A stretch of DNA of 64,000 nt from Flavobacteriales bacterium (GCA_020635455.1 JACJZT010000005.1:137358-201357), one strand, 5' to 3'. Positions 46,456-57,199 are shown, counted from the stretch's first letter. The notes: a model not told the origin generated them from the letters alone. Numbers and translations are program-made.

Positions 46456-47493
46456 TTACAATTTATTGGCCAATTGGCCGCAGGCTGCATCAATATCTTT
46501 ACCTCTGCTGCGCCGGATGTTTACAATAAGTTTATTCTTCTCCAGTACGGAAGCAAATTTTTCAATCTTTTCAATGCCCGAAGATTTATACTCTGCAAAT
46601 TGAATGGGATTGTACTCGATCAGGTTTATTTTACATTTTACTTTTCTGGCAAAAACAACCAATTCATTCGCTTCCTCAATATGATCGTTCGTGTCATTGA
46701 TCACACAATATTCCAGTGTGACCCTTGTTCCGGTTTTATCGTAAAAATAATTTAAAGCTTCAGCCAGTGACTCAAGATCGTTGCTTTCATTGATCGGCAT
46801 GATGGATGTCCTCCTGACATCATTGGCAGCGTGTAAAGACAAAGCCAGGTTGAATTTTACCTCTTCATCACCCAGTTTCCGGATCATCTTTACGATCCCC
46901 GCCGTGCTCAGGGTAATTCGCTGAGGACTCATTCCCAAGCCGTGCTCGCCTGTAATGTGTTCAATGCTTTTCATCACATTGGCATAATTCAGTAAAGGTT
47001 CGCCCATACCCATGTATACGATGTTGCTTAAGGGTATTTGATAATTTTCAATGGCAAGTTTTCCAAGCAAGACCACCTGGTCGTAAATTTCTGCAGGTTC
47101 AAGATTGCGCTGCCTTTCGAGGTAACCTGTTGCACAAAATTTACAACTCAAACTACATCCGACCTGGCTGCTGACACAAGCGGTCATACGCTTGCTGGAA
47201 GGAATAAGAACACCCTCAACCATATTTCCATCCCAGAGCCTGAAGGCTACTTTAATGGTTTTGTCCCTGCTTATTTGTTTGCTGTAAAGTTCGGCTTTCC
47301 GGAAAACGAACTCCGACTTCAGCTTTTCCCTCAGGTCGAGGGAAAGGTTGGTCATTTCATCAAAATCAGATGCAAATTTTTTCCATATCCATTCGTGTAC
47401 CTGAAGGGCTCTGAACGACTTCTCCCCATATTTTGAAAGGGAATTTTTCAGATCATCCAGCGAAAGGGTTCGTATGTCCTTTAAATCGGAGAT
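46456..47493 (-). CDS. rlmN: 23S rRNA/tRNA adenine-C2 methyltransferase RlmN
   Basis: Radical-SAM motif CSLSCKFCATG, then GMGEPL. The conserved N-terminus (DIRTLSLDDLK..GEKSFRALQVHEWIW) lies upstream of the first ATG (47355). The frame is open only to 47511 and contains no ATG, GTG or TTG. An ATC at 47493 would give 345 aa. Confidence 0.85.
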   Translation of the reverse strand: MSDLKDIRTLSLDDLKNSLSKYGEKSFRALQVHEWIWKKFASDFDEMTNLSLDLREKLKSEFVFRKAELYSKQISRDKTIKVAFRLWDGNMVEGVLIPSSKRMTACVSSQVGCSLSCKFCATGYLERQRNLEPAEIYDQVVLLGKLAIENYQIPLSNIVYMGMGEPLLNYANVMKSIEHITGEHGLGMSPQRITLSTAGIVKMIRKLGDEEVKFNLALSLHAANDVRRTSIMPINESNDLESLAEALNYFYDKTGTRVTLEYCVINDTNDHIEEANELVVFARKVKCKINLIEYNPIQFAEYKSSGIEKIEKFASVLEKNKLIVNIRRSRGKDIDAACGQLANKL

Positions 47494-47570
47494 AAGTTTT
47501 AAGGTAAAAAATTATAAACGTAAAGTGCAAAATGCAATGCCTCCGGGACCTATTGGCTTTAGTGACCCTA

Positions 47571-50441
47571 CTACTTTGTTTTTCGCTTTACTTCTACTTC
47601 CTTATAGGTTTCAAAATTATCTCCGATCTTAACATCGTTGTAATTCTTAACCTGAATTCCACATTCAAATCCTTTTAAAACTTCCTTGGCATCGTCTTTG
47701 AACCGCTTTAAGGTCTCGATTTCACCATCGTGAATTACTACTCCATCCCGGATAATTCGCAACTTATTGTTTCGTTCTACTTTGCCTGTAAGGACATAGC
47801 AACCGGCAATGGTACCAACTTTTGTGATCTTGAACACTTCTCTCACCTCAATGGTAGAGGTAACCTCTTCTTTATATTCAGGATCCAACAATCCTTCGAT
47901 GGCCGATTTGATCTCCTCAATAGCATGATAAATTACCGAATAGGTCTTGATCTCGATGGATTCATCCTCGGCAAGTTTTTTGGCAGATTGTGCAGGTCGT
48001 ACATTAAATCCAAGAATGATTGCATCCGAAGCCGTTGCGAGCAATACATCCGATTCTGTGATCTGACCCACGCCTTTATGGATCACATTAACCTGAACTT
48101 CTTCCTTCGACAACTTAAGCAATGAGTCGCTTAAGGCCTCAACAGAACCATCAACATCCCCTTTAACGATCAACTTCAATTCTTTGAACGATCCAACTGC
48201 CAAACGACGTCCTATTTCTTCGAGAGTAATGTGTTTGGATGCCCTGATTCCCTGTTCTCTTTGTAATTGTGTTCTTCGGTTCGCAATTTCTTTGGCCGAA
48301 TTTTCATCTTCAAATACGGTAAACAGATCTCCTGCGGTTGGGGCTCCCTGGAAACCTAAAACACTTACCGGTGTTGAAGGACCTGCTTTCTCTATCCTCT
48401 GCTCTCTTTCGTTGAAAAGGGCTCTTACACGTCCATAATGACTTCCGGCGAGTACAAAGTCTCCTACCTTAATGGTTCCTTCCTGAACCAGAATAGAAGA
48501 TACCACACCTTTACCCTTGTCGATATGGGTTTCCATGACCGTACCTTTTGCACGCTTATTTGGATTGGCCTTCAATTCAAGAATTTCGGCTTCAAGCAAT
48601 ACCTTATCAAGGAGTTTTTCAATGTTCAGACCTTTTTTGGCAGAAATTTCCTGACTCTGGTATTTTCCACCCCACTCCTCTACGAGAATGTTCATTGAAG
48701 ATAATTGTTCCCGGATCCTGTCGGCATTTGCTCCGTCTTTATCAATTTTGTTGTAGGCAAAAACAATTGGAACCCCGGCAGCCTGTGCATGTGCAATGGC
48801 TTCCTTGGTTTGAGGCATCACACTGTCGTCGGCTGCAATTACAATTATAACGATATCCGTTACCTTGGCACCCCTGGCTCTCATTGCAGTAAATGCCTCG
48901 TGACCCGGAGTGTCGATAAAGGTTATTTTCTTTTTATTTTCAAGAGTAACTTCGTAAGCCGCCACGTGTTGGGTAATTCCACCCGCTTCACCCGCGATCA
49001 CATTCGTGTCCCTTATATAATCGAGTAAAGAGGTTTTTCCGTGATCGACGTGTCCCATTATGGTAACGATCGGTGGACGTTCTACAAGATCTTTTGGATC
49101 ATCCTCTTCTTCTTCAATGTCATCCTGTTCGGCAGCATCCACAAAAACCACTTCATACCCGAAGTTTTCGGCAAGAAGAGTAATGATCTCAGCGTCGAGG
49201 CGCTGATTGATGGAGATCATAATTCCAAGTGAAAAACAAACAGTAATGATCTCGTTCACTTTTATGTCCATCATGGAAGCCAGCTCGTTGGCGGTTACAA
49301 ATTCGGTTACGTGAATTTGCTTGCTTTCAATTTCTCTTTGGATCACCCGCTCTTCCTGATTGGCAAGATAACGGTCTTTTCGCTCCTTACGTGCTTTCTG
49401 ACGTGATTTACCACCTTTTCCACTGAGATTTTGATTTCCGATCTTAGCAAACGTTTGTTTCATTTGCTTTTGAACATCCTTATCGCTTATCTCATCTTTT
49501 TTGAAACCGGTTTTAGACTTTCGGTCATCCTCCTTTACCTCATTTCGTTTGGAGAATTGACTACCAAGTGCTTTTGTATCAATTTTTTCAGGGGTGTGTT
49601 TGCGCTTTCTTTTTTTCTTGTCGGCATCCTCATTCACCACCTTTTTCCGTACGATCGGTGCAGGGATCTTGATCTTACCCATAACCGACAAGCCTTTTAA
49701 TTTAGGCGCATTGGCCCGGATCACCTGATCATCTTCTTCCTCTTCATCCTTCTCCTCACTTTTTTGTGTGTCCTCGCTTTCAGTTTTATCCTTCGTTTGA
49801 TCTTTGGTTTCTGCAGAAGTATCAGAAGGAGCATCAACTTCAGTTTCCTTTGACGCATCAGACTTTATAAGTTCGGTTTCATCCGGTTTGTTCTCAACGG
49901 TTATGGTTTCGTCTTTTGCAACAATTGACTCACCGGGATCTTTCGTTTCGTCCTGTTCTGCGGAAGGCAGAGACTCAGTTTCTTTCTTTTCTTTTGCTTT
50001 AGATTTCTCCTTTTTGGGAGCAAGGTCAATTTTTCCTACAACTTTAAGCCCTTCTACCTTTTTCTTTTCTTCTACTACGGGAATTTCTTCAACCGGTGGT
50101 TCTTCAGGAACAACTTTTGAAACAGACCCAAGGTCTTTTACCAAAAGTGTATCTTCTTCAACATCCTCAGGTTGGTTTTTAGGTTTTGCAGGGACATTTT
50201 CAACAATGTGCTCCCTGTCCCTTTTCATTTGAATTTCAATGTTCTTGGATTGATCTTTGGCCTTTTTATCTGACTGAAAATCCTGTAAAAGAATTTCATA
50301 GCTCGCCTGATCTAATTTTGAAGTCGGTTTAGTGTCTTCAAGATTAATACCCTTTTTCTGGAGGTGCTCCACTATGGTATGCACACCTACTCCAAGTTCA
50401 CCTGCTACTTTGGCTAACCTGTATGTTTTTTCTTCTGGCAT
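47571..50441 (-). CDS. infB: translation initiation factor IF-2
   Basis: G domain [24 protein letters not shown], and a charged low-complexity N-terminal region. I prefer the ATG at 50441 ([13 protein letters not shown]..). Confidence 0.95.
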   Translation of the reverse strand: MPEEKTYRLAKVAGELGVGVHTIVEHLQKKGINLEDTKPTSKLDQASYEILLQDFQSDKKAKDQSKNIEIQMKRDREHIVENVPAKPKNQPEDVEEDTLLVKDLGSVSKVVPEEPPVEEIPVVEEKKKVEGLKVVGKIDLAPKKEKSKAKEKKETESLPSAEQDETKDPGESIVAKDETITVENKPDETELIKSDASKETEVDAPSDTSAETKDQTKDKTESEDTQKSEEKDEEEEDDQVIRANAPKLKGLSVMGKIKIPAPIVRKKVVNEDADKKKRKRKHTPEKIDTKALGSQFSKRNEVKEDDRKSKTGFKKDEISDKDVQKQMKQTFAKIGNQNLSGKGGKSRQKARKERKDRYLANQEERVIQREIESKQIHVTEFVTANELASMMDIKVNEIITVCFSLGIMISINQRLDAEIITLLAENFGYEVVFVDAAEQDDIEEEEDDPKDLVERPPIVTIMGHVDHGKTSLLDYIRDTNVIAGEAGGITQHVAAYEVTLENKKKITFIDTPGHEAFTAMRARGAKVTDIVIIVIAADDSVMPQTKEAIAHAQAAGVPIVFAYNKIDKDGANADRIREQLSSMNILVEEWGGKYQSQEISAKKGLNIEKLLDKVLLEAEILELKANPNKRAKGTVMETHIDKGKGVVSSILVQEGTIKVGDFVLAGSHYGRVRALFNEREQRIEKAGPSTPVSVLGFQGAPTAGDLFTVFEDENSAKEIANRRTQLQREQGIRASKHITLEEIGRRLAVGSFKELKLIVKGDVDGSVEALSDSLLKLSKEEVQVNVIHKGVGQITESDVLLATASDAIILGFNVRPAQSAKKLAEDESIEIKTYSVIYHAIEEIKSAIEGLLDPEYKEEVTSTIEVREVFKITKVGTIAGCYVLTGKVERNNKLRIIRDGVVIHDGEIETLKRFKDDAKEVLKGFECGIQVKNYNDVKIGDNFETYKEVEVKRKTK

Positions 50442-50611
50442 CTTCTGTTCTGTCCCTTTTTTATTTTGAATGTTAAAACTCACAGAAGGAGGCATTTCCA
50501 AACCGGGTATGTCCTTCTGATTATTTCATCTTACCTGTATTAAATTTTTTCACTTTGTTACAAGTGTATGTTTAATTTATAACATTTGAAAAATAAAATC
50601 ACTGATGGGCC

Positions 50612-51850
50612 TTAATTAAATTCTGCTTCCAGAATTTTTTTAATTTCAACAATGGTTTCTTCCTCAAGTTCTGTTCTTCTGACCAGATCGTCGTTGCTCA
50701 GAGCAAGTACGCTTTTGGCCGTATCCAAACCTATTCCTTTCAATTCGTCAATGATCCAGTTATCGATCTCGTCATTGAATTCTTCAAGGTCTACATCGTA
50801 TTCTTCATCTGTATCTTCACGGTATACATCAAGTTCATAACCTGCGAGTTTGCCGGCAAGTTTAATGTTATAACCTCCTTTACCGATAGCAAGTGATACC
50901 TGATCGGAAGGCAAATAAACAGAAATTCTCTTATTCTCCTCATCAATGTTAATCGAGGAGATCTTTGCAGGGTTCAAAGCCCGGGTTATGAATAGCTGAG
51001 TGTTGGTTGTGTAATTGATCACATCAATGTTTTCATTTCTCAACTCTCTGACAATACCGTGGATCCTTGACCCTTTCATACCAACACAAGCTCCTACAGG
51101 ATCAATTCGGTCATCATAACTTTCAACAGCAACCTTTGCTCTTTCACCTGGTTCACGCACTACTTTTTTAATGGTGATCAAGCCATCGAGTATTTCAGGA
51201 ACTTCCATTTCAAACAATCTTTCAAGGAAGATCGGAGCCGTTCTCGAAAGTATGATCCGTGGAAGTGCATTATTCATTTCAACCTTGTAAACAACCGCTT
51301 TGATGGAATCCCCTTTTTTGTAGAAATCCCTGGGGATCATCTCAGTTTTTGGCAGGATCAGTTCGTTTCCTTCATCGTCGAGTACCATTAATTCCTTTTT
51401 CCAGATCTGATACACTTCCCCTGTAATGATCTCTCCCACACGGTCTTTGTATTTCTTGTAAACCTCATCCATTTCCAGCTCAAGAATTCTTGAGATCAGC
51501 GTTTGCCGGGCTGCCAGAATGGACCTTCTGCCAAAGGCTTCCATGGTTACCTCTTCATAGGTTTCCTCATTTAACTCAAAATCGGGTTCCATTTTACGGG
51601 CCTCTTCAAGTTCAATTTCGGCGATCGGGTTTTCAACCTCTCCCTTATCTACGATCAACCTTCGCTGATAAATTTCAACGTCACCGGTTTTGTCGTTTAC
51701 GATCACGTCAAAATTTCCGTCGTCACCATATCTTCTTTTCAACATGCTCCTGAAAACATCCTCCATAACCCTGATCATGGTAGCTCTGTCAATGTTCTTG
51801 AATTCTTTGAATTCCGAGAACGATTCAACTAATCCTATTCCTAAACTCAT
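50612..51850 (-). CDS. nusA: transcription termination/antitermination factor NusA
   Basis: N-terminal domain, S1 domain (GEIITGEV), and two KH domains (ACVGMKGSRI, LAIGKGGYNIKLA). Confidence 0.95.
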   Translation of the reverse strand: MSLGIGLVESFSEFKEFKNIDRATMIRVMEDVFRSMLKRRYGDDGNFDVIVNDKTGDVEIYQRRLIVDKGEVENPIAEIELEEARKMEPDFELNEETYEEVTMEAFGRRSILAARQTLISRILELEMDEVYKKYKDRVGEIITGEVYQIWKKELMVLDDEGNELILPKTEMIPRDFYKKGDSIKAVVYKVEMNNALPRIILSRTAPIFLERLFEMEVPEILDGLITIKKVVREPGERAKVAVESYDDRIDPVGACVGMKGSRIHGIVRELRNENIDVINYTTNTQLFITRALNPAKISSINIDEENKRISVYLPSDQVSLAIGKGGYNIKLAGKLAGYELDVYREDTDEEYDVDLEEFNDEIDNWIIDELKGIGLDTAKSVLALSNDDLVRRTELEEETIVEIKKILEAEFN

Positions 51851-51856
51851 TTTTTT

Positions 51857-52318
51857 CTACTTAAAGGATACTATTATTTTGGCTTCTTTTATATTGTTAA
51901 AGTCTATTGTTTCTTTCTTAACTTCTTTCTTACTCAATTGACAGTTTAAATGCAACATTTCACCTTCAATTGCCTCCAGTACGCCGGTAAGTTCAATACC
52001 ATTGTTTTCTTGTATGTTAAACTTCTTTCCAACATGTTTTGGAAATTGTTTAAGAAATTTTAAAGGTGCATCCGCTCCGGGTGAGGATACTTCAAAAGTA
52101 AAAAAAGCATCGTCCCCGATCGAGCTGTCCTCGTCGATCAGTTTTGAAAGATGCCTGCTAAGATCCGCACACTCTTTAATGGATACCGGCTCGATGCCAT
52201 CTATCAAAACTCTGTATTTCGAAGAACCCGGTTTGTTTTCAATATCAATAAGAAACACATCGGAATCCTTGAGGTACTCTTCCGCCCATGTTTTCAATTT
52301 TGATGTTAAACGAACCAT
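51857..52318 (-). CDS. rimP: ribosome maturation factor RimP
   Basis: 153 aa with an FEVSSPG motif, immediately upstream of nusA. Confidence 0.9.
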   Translation of the reverse strand: MVRLTSKLKTWAEEYLKDSDVFLIDIENKPGSSKYRVLIDGIEPVSIKECADLSRHLSKLIDEDSSIGDDAFFTFEVSSPGADAPLKFLKQFPKHVGKKFNIQENNGIELTGVLEAIEGEMLHLNCQLSKKEVKKETIDFNNIKEAKIIVSFK

Positions 52319-52325
52319 AATGCAA

Positions 52326-52348
52326 TAAAAAAGGGGAACTCATCCCCT
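52326..52348 (-). terminator. hairpin plus U-tract in the rimP-nusA-infB leader (candidate attenuator)
   Basis: On the minus strand, AGGGGA-tgagt-TCCCCT is followed by TTTTT. The T-run ends 8 nt before the rimP ATG, and the hairpin lies downstream of a TATATTTG box. Confidence 0.5.
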
Positions 52349-52372
52349 CATTTACACGCTTCTATTTCGCTG

Positions 52373-52380
52373 CAAATATA
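52373..52380 (-). promoter_or_regulatory. -7 box (TATATTTG) upstream of rimP
   Basis: Plus-strand CAAATATA. It lies 55 nt upstream of the rimP ATG and 91 nt downstream of the previous gene's stop. Confidence 0.35.
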
Positions 52381-52470
52381 GCCTTTCTTTTTGACAAATA
52401 AAATGTTAAACTGAGAATATTTTGTTTGTGAACGCAGCTTAAGCTTGTAAAGATGAACAGGAAGTCTGGC

Positions 52471-52917
52471 TTAGTTGATCTCAAGAATTCTGATGGACAT
52501 CCCGTTCAAAATGAAGTCTTCATCCTTTTTTTTGCCCATCAATCCCATGGCCAGAGGTGCTTTGGGCGACAAGGCCACAATTTCCTCGCCTTCGCAGTAT
52601 AGTTTACCGATACCGCTAAAAATAAAATATTTTGCATGATCGGTAATTACCAAAGAGCCTGGTCGCACTGCAGTGTGCGAGCTGTTTACAATACTTTTGC
52701 TCCTTGCGATCTCATTTTTAAAATCCTTGACTTGTCTGGCAAACATATCGCGATCGGCTTGCATCATCGATCTTGTGGTTTCGTATTTATCACCGGCACT
52801 GCTTTTTTCCTCATGGTTTGCGGAATTCTGTGCTGCCGTCATTGCCAACAAGGCCTCATTAAGCCTTTCCTGCAATATTTCGAGGCATTTCTCAACCAGT
52901 TTATTTTTAAAGTCCAT
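52471..52917 (-). CDS. GreA/GreB C-terminal-domain-like protein (family often mislabelled 3-oxoacyl-ACP synthase)
   Basis: The motif EEKSSAGDKYETTRSMMQ is one I recall from this Bacteroidota family. I prefer the ATG at 52917 (MDFKNKLVE..). Confidence 0.5.
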   Translation of the reverse strand: MDFKNKLVEKCLEILQERLNEALLAMTAAQNSANHEEKSSAGDKYETTRSMMQADRDMFARQVKDFKNEIARSKSIVNSSHTAVRPGSLVITDHAKYFIFSGIGKLYCEGEEIVALSPKAPLAMGLMGKKKDEDFILNGMSIRILEIN

Positions 52918-53176
52918 ACTATATTTATTTCTCCATTTTAATGTCAGTTTTACCTGAATTCGGAGTTTAAAGCCGATCTCTGACAATAATTACCCAAAAC
53001 TTCTGCGTTGATTATTTTTTTATCCGTGATCAAATTAAATATGCAAATTCCTCAAATCCAAATCCTGTCGGTTTTATTCCTGTTCCATATCCTTCCTGTT
53101 TTCCCGAAGTTTTTCGCATGTTTATTAAATTGGAAAAGTATTTCAAACTTACTTATTTTCGCTTCCTTTTAAAAGT

Positions 53177-56100
53177 ATGAAGAAATTCGGATTGGTAAAC
53201 AATGTTTTTGGCTGGCTTTCTTTTCTTGCAGCCCTTATTGTATATAGCCTTACTGCTGAAGAGTCGGTAAGTTTATGGGACTGTGGAGAGTTTATTTCCG
53301 CCTCGTATCGTATGCAGGTTGTTCATCCCCCGGGAGCACCTCTGTTCCTGATGATCGGACGGGTATTCTCCCTGATGGCCGGCAACGATGTAAGCATGGT
53401 AGCCTGGTGGGTGAACATGGTGTCGGTGGTTACAAGTGCTCTTACCGTATTGTTTACCTTTTGGATCATTGTTCATTTTGCAAAAAAAATACTGGACATT
53501 GCTCTTGATGCACAAGAGGTAGAACTTTCCAAAGGAATTGCCATTCTTGGTTCCGGTTTGGTTGGAGCAATGAGCCTGACCTTCATGGATTCGTTCTGGT
53601 TCAGTGCCGTGGAAGCGGAAGTGTATGCTTCTTCTTCACTCTTTACTGCCCTGTCGTTCTGGTGCATTCTTAAATGGGAACGCGTAAAGCACGAACACGG
53701 TTCCGATCGATGGCTGATCCTTATTGCCTATACACTTGGTCTTGCAGTTGGTCTTCACTTGTTGAACTTACTCGTGATCCCGGCAGTGGTATATTATTAT
53801 TATTTTCACCGATACAAATACAGCAGAAAGGGATTGTACATTTCTACTGCCATTGGTATTGGTGCTTTGGGAGCCATTCAATCGGTTATTCTTCCGGGAC
53901 TGCCAAAGGTTGCTGCCTTTTTCGACCGCATGTTCGTTAATTCTCTTGGCATGCCGTTCAATTCAGGAGTATTGTTCTTTGTGGCCTTATTCCTCGGTTT
54001 GCTTACGTATGGAATTTATTACACCATTAAAACCAATCACACCATAGCTAACCTTGTACTGAATTGTCTGCTTTTTGTATTCCTCGGATATTCATCTTAC
54101 AGCATGGTGGTTTTGCGATCTCTTGCCGATCCTGCAATCGACATGAACAATCCGGAAGACCCGTATACTCTTACAAGTTATATCAATCGTGAACAATACG
54201 GTGATCGCCCGCTTCTTTATGGACCATACTATAATGCCGATTATATCGGAATTGAAGAAGGCCCTATGCAATACCGAAAAGGCAAAGACTCCTATGTAGA
54301 GATCGGCAATAAACTTGAACCGAAATGGGACCCTAAATATTCAACGTTCTTTCCTCGTATGGGTGACAGTCAGAAGGAACAGGGTGCTCAGGGATATCAA
54401 TTGTGGAGTGGTGCCAAGGAAGGCCGAAAACCAACTTTCGGACAAAACATGACCTTCTTCTTTAAATATCAGCTGGGATATATGTATATGAGGTACTTCA
54501 TGTGGAATTTTGTGGGTCGTCAGAACGATGACCAGGGAATGGTCGGAGATCCGTGGTCGGGTAACTGGTTAAGCGGAATTAACTTTATTGACAACATGAT
54601 CCTGGGCCCGCAAACCAAACTGCCCGATTCGTTCAAGGTCAATAAAGCCCGAAATACCTATTTCTTCCTGCCTCTTATTCTGGGAATTCTTGGAATGGTG
54701 ATACAGTTCAGGAAAAGGCGATTCGATGGTAACATTGTTCTCACTTTATTCCTCTTTACAGGGGTTCTGATCATCGTTTACCTCAATCAGCCACCTTTTG
54801 AACCCCGCGAAAGGGATTATTCCATGGTGGGATCTTTTCAAACCTTTTGCATCTGGATAGGATTGGGAGTACTGTTTATATACGACTATCTAGGCAGAAA
54901 ACTGAAAATGAGCAAAACGGGCCTCGCAGCGGGGATTACGGTGGTTTCGATGCTCGCAGCCCCGGTACTGATGGCTAAGTACAACTGGGACGATCACGAC
55001 CGATCTGACCGTAGACTTGGTATTTCATTTGCCAAAAATTATCTGAACAGCTGTGCCAAAAATGCCATACTTTTTACCAATGGCGATAACGATACCTACC
55101 CTCTCTGGTATGCTCAAAACGTGGAAGGGATCCGCACCGATGTGAGAATCATTAACCTCAGCCTTTTGGGAACCGACTGGTACATCAACTTGCTAAGGAG
55201 AAAGGTTTACGACTCTGAGCCACTTGACCTGTCGATTCCTGAAGAGAAATTGGTTGAAGGACTTCGCGATATTACGTATTTCTTCGATAACGGTAAATTT
55301 GATCAAAACCAGATCTACCCTCTGGATCAGGTGGTTGCCTTTATGACCAGTGATAATGAGGCCGACATGACTTCAAACCGGGGTAAATCGATGAACTTCA
55401 TGCCGGTTAAGAAATTTTCGTTGCCGGTTGACCGAAATGCGGTGATCAAACAAAACATCGTTAAGGAAACCGATGACATTGTTGGCAACATCACTTTTGA
55501 TATTGGTGCCAACAACATTTACAAAGGAACTTTGGTGGTATTGGACATTCTTTCGCAAAATGCTAAAAACGGATGGAAAAGACCTATTTACTTTACCACC
55601 ACCACCGGCTCGTCGGCCTATCTTAATCTGGATGAATACTTCAGACTCGAAGGACTGACCTACCGACTGGTTCCTTTGAAAAACGATAAGGAACGAATGG
55701 GACTGATCGATCCGGATATGCTGGCGCGTAAGCTTACCAAGGATTTTGACTGGGGCAATATGGATAAAAACCTTAAAATGAATCTTGACGATAAGGCTAC
55801 TCTGGTACCAAAGAACCTAAGAGTGCTTTTCGTGCAGCTGGCGCGTACCTATGCCATGGAAAGAAATGAGAACCAAAAGGCGGTTGAATTGCTTGATTAC
55901 AGCCAGAAAGTGATTCCGGAAGCCATACTTCCTATGGACCTTCGATTGCGTTTCTATTACATTGACACCTATTATGCGGCCAAAGCCAATAAAAAAGCAG
56001 AAGAGCTTATGAAACATATGGTTAAGGATTGTGAGCAGCAGATCGTTTTCTACAAACAGTATACCGGAAAGAACGCCAAATACGTAACCGAAAAACTACA

Positions 56101-56206
56101 GGAAGCCCTGGGTTATCTGGCTGAGTGCGGAAAGAGGGCAACCGAGAACGGCAATGTGAAGCTGGGTGAAAAATACACCACCCTGTTCAATCAACTTAGC
56201 CGGTAA
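53177..56206 (+). CDS. DUF2723 / TMEM260-like polytopic glycosyltransferase-fold protein
   Basis: 1009 aa. N-terminal hallmark VSLWDCGEFISASYRMQVVHPPGAPLF, more than 10 TM helices, and a soluble C-terminal half. Confidence 0.8.
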   Translation: MKKFGLVNNVFGWLSFLAALIVYSLTAEESVSLWDCGEFISASYRMQVVHPPGAPLFLMIGRVFSLMAGNDVSMVAWWVNMVSVVTSALTVLFTFWIIVHFAKKILDIALDAQEVELSKGIAILGSGLVGAMSLTFMDSFWFSAVEAEVYASSSLFTALSFWCILKWERVKHEHGSDRWLILIAYTLGLAVGLHLLNLLVIPAVVYYYYFHRYKYSRKGLYISTAIGIGALGAIQSVILPGLPKVAAFFDRMFVNSLGMPFNSGVLFFVALFLGLLTYGIYYTIKTNHTIANLVLNCLLFVFLGYSSYSMVVLRSLADPAIDMNNPEDPYTLTSYINREQYGDRPLLYGPYYNADYIGIEEGPMQYRKGKDSYVEIGNKLEPKWDPKYSTFFPRMGDSQKEQGAQGYQLWSGAKEGRKPTFGQNMTFFFKYQLGYMYMRYFMWNFVGRQNDDQGMVGDPWSGNWLSGINFIDNMILGPQTKLPDSFKVNKARNTYFFLPLILGILGMVIQFRKRRFDGNIVLTLFLFTGVLIIVYLNQPPFEPRERDYSMVGSFQTFCIWIGLGVLFIYDYLGRKLKMSKTGLAAGITVVSMLAAPVLMAKYNWDDHDRSDRRLGISFAKNYLNSCAKNAILFTNGDNDTYPLWYAQNVEGIRTDVRIINLSLLGTDWYINLLRRKVYDSEPLDLSIPEEKLVEGLRDITYFFDNGKFDQNQIYPLDQVVAFMTSDNEADMTSNRGKSMNFMPVKKFSLPVDRNAVIKQNIVKETDDIVGNITFDIGANNIYKGTLVVLDILSQNAKNGWKRPIYFTTTTGSSAYLNLDEYFRLEGLTYRLVPLKNDKERMGLIDPDMLARKLTKDFDWGNMDKNLKMNLDDKATLVPKNLRVLFVQLARTYAMERNENQKAVELLDYSQKVIPEAILPMDLRLRFYYIDTYYAAKANKKAEELMKHMVKDCEQQIVFYKQYTGKNAKYVTEKLQEALGYLAECGKRATENGNVKLGEKYTTLFNQLSR

Positions 56207-56277
56207 TTGGCATTTGCCTTTTTGGTTAAATGATTTTGGATGATCCCGATAGTTTGATGGGCTGATATTTTCCTGAA

Positions 56278-57024
56278 ATGAACGATCCGGCAAAAAACAT
56301 TGTTTTTGGCATCAGGGCCATCCTGGAAGCCTTGAATGCCGGTAAAAATTTTGACAAGATCTTTCTCAAACAGGGGTCTTCGGGTGAATTGATCTCAAGT
56401 TTGCTTTCACTTGCAAAGGAACGTGAAATTTCCCTTAAGCTGGTTCCGCAGGCAAAGCTTGATTCGATAACCCGAAAAAACCATCAGGGCGCCATTGGTT
56501 TTATTGCAGCCATCGACTATCAGAATTTTGAAGAGATCATCACCGGACTTTTTGAAAAGGGCAAAGATCCACTAATACTGGCTCTCGACGAATTGACCGA
56601 TGTACGCAATTTTGGAGCCATAGCCCGTACGGCACTCTGCATGGGAGTGGATGCCATTGTGATCCCGGCAGGCGGATCGGTTTCGGTAACTCCGGATGCC
56701 ATCAAGACCAGTGCGGGAGCCTTAATGACCCTGCCAGTTTGTAAGGTTAAATCTTTGCCGGTTGCGCTCGAAAAAATGAAGGAATACGGATTGAGCATCA
56801 TCGGTTGCACCGAAAAGGGAAAGGATAGCATCACCGATCTGAGCTATAAGGGACCATTGACTTTGGTAATGGGATCGGAAGAAAAGGGATTGTCGAATGT
56901 AGTTCTTAGAATTGCCGATAATCTTGCCTTTATACCCATTACCGGTCCGGTAAGATCCCTCAACGTATCGGTGGCTACGGCCATGTTTTTATACGAAGTT
57001 GACCGCCAAAGGCGGATATGGTGA
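56278..57024 (+). CDS. rlmB: 23S rRNA 2'-O-ribose methyltransferase, SpoU/TrmH class (RlmB-like)
   Basis: SpoU substrate-binding N-domain and motifs LDELTDVRNFGAIARTA, LVMGSEEKGL, IPI.G...SLNVSVA. Confidence 0.85.
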   Translation: MNDPAKNIVFGIRAILEALNAGKNFDKIFLKQGSSGELISSLLSLAKEREISLKLVPQAKLDSITRKNHQGAIGFIAAIDYQNFEEIITGLFEKGKDPLILALDELTDVRNFGAIARTALCMGVDAIVIPAGGSVSVTPDAIKTSAGALMTLPVCKVKSLPVALEKMKEYGLSIIGCTEKGKDSITDLSYKGPLTLVMGSEEKGLSNVVLRIADNLAFIPITGPVRSLNVSVATAMFLYEVDRQRRIW

Positions 57025-57191
57025 TCATGTAAACTTTTAGATCCCCTTCTCACAATTTGTACCTTCCGGTTTAAGCGTATATATTTATCCCAATGCATTC
57101 AATCCGGCCAACAACCGCTTTTATTCTATAAGCAGATAGTTATATCTAATTACCCTACCAGAAATGAAAACAGGATCCAGAAATTTTTATT

Positions 57192-57199
57192 TAGATTTG
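57192..57199 (+). promoter_or_regulatory. -7 box TAGATTTG upstream of the SBBP-repeat gene
   Basis: Exact TAnnTTTG match, 22 nt upstream of the ATG at 57221. Confidence 0.3.

Noticed and set aside
49804-50232. 142-aa plus-strand ORF inside infB
   Set aside because: It is antisense to the charged low-complexity IF-2 N-terminal region, and its Ser/Phe-rich composition is an artefact of that.
50442-50611. 170-nt nusA-infB spacer with a CTTCTGT/ACAGAAG inverted repeat next to the infB start
   Set aside because: It is a 7-bp stem with a loop of about 35 nt. A translational-control role is pure speculation from sequence alone.
53041-53172. 43-aa hydrophobic ORF (MQIPQIQILSVLFLFHILPVFPKFF..) just upstream of the DUF2723 gene
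   Set aside because: T-rich intergenic DNA readily yields Phe/Leu-rich ORFs. It has no signal-peptide logic or promoter, so it is not supportable without conservation data.
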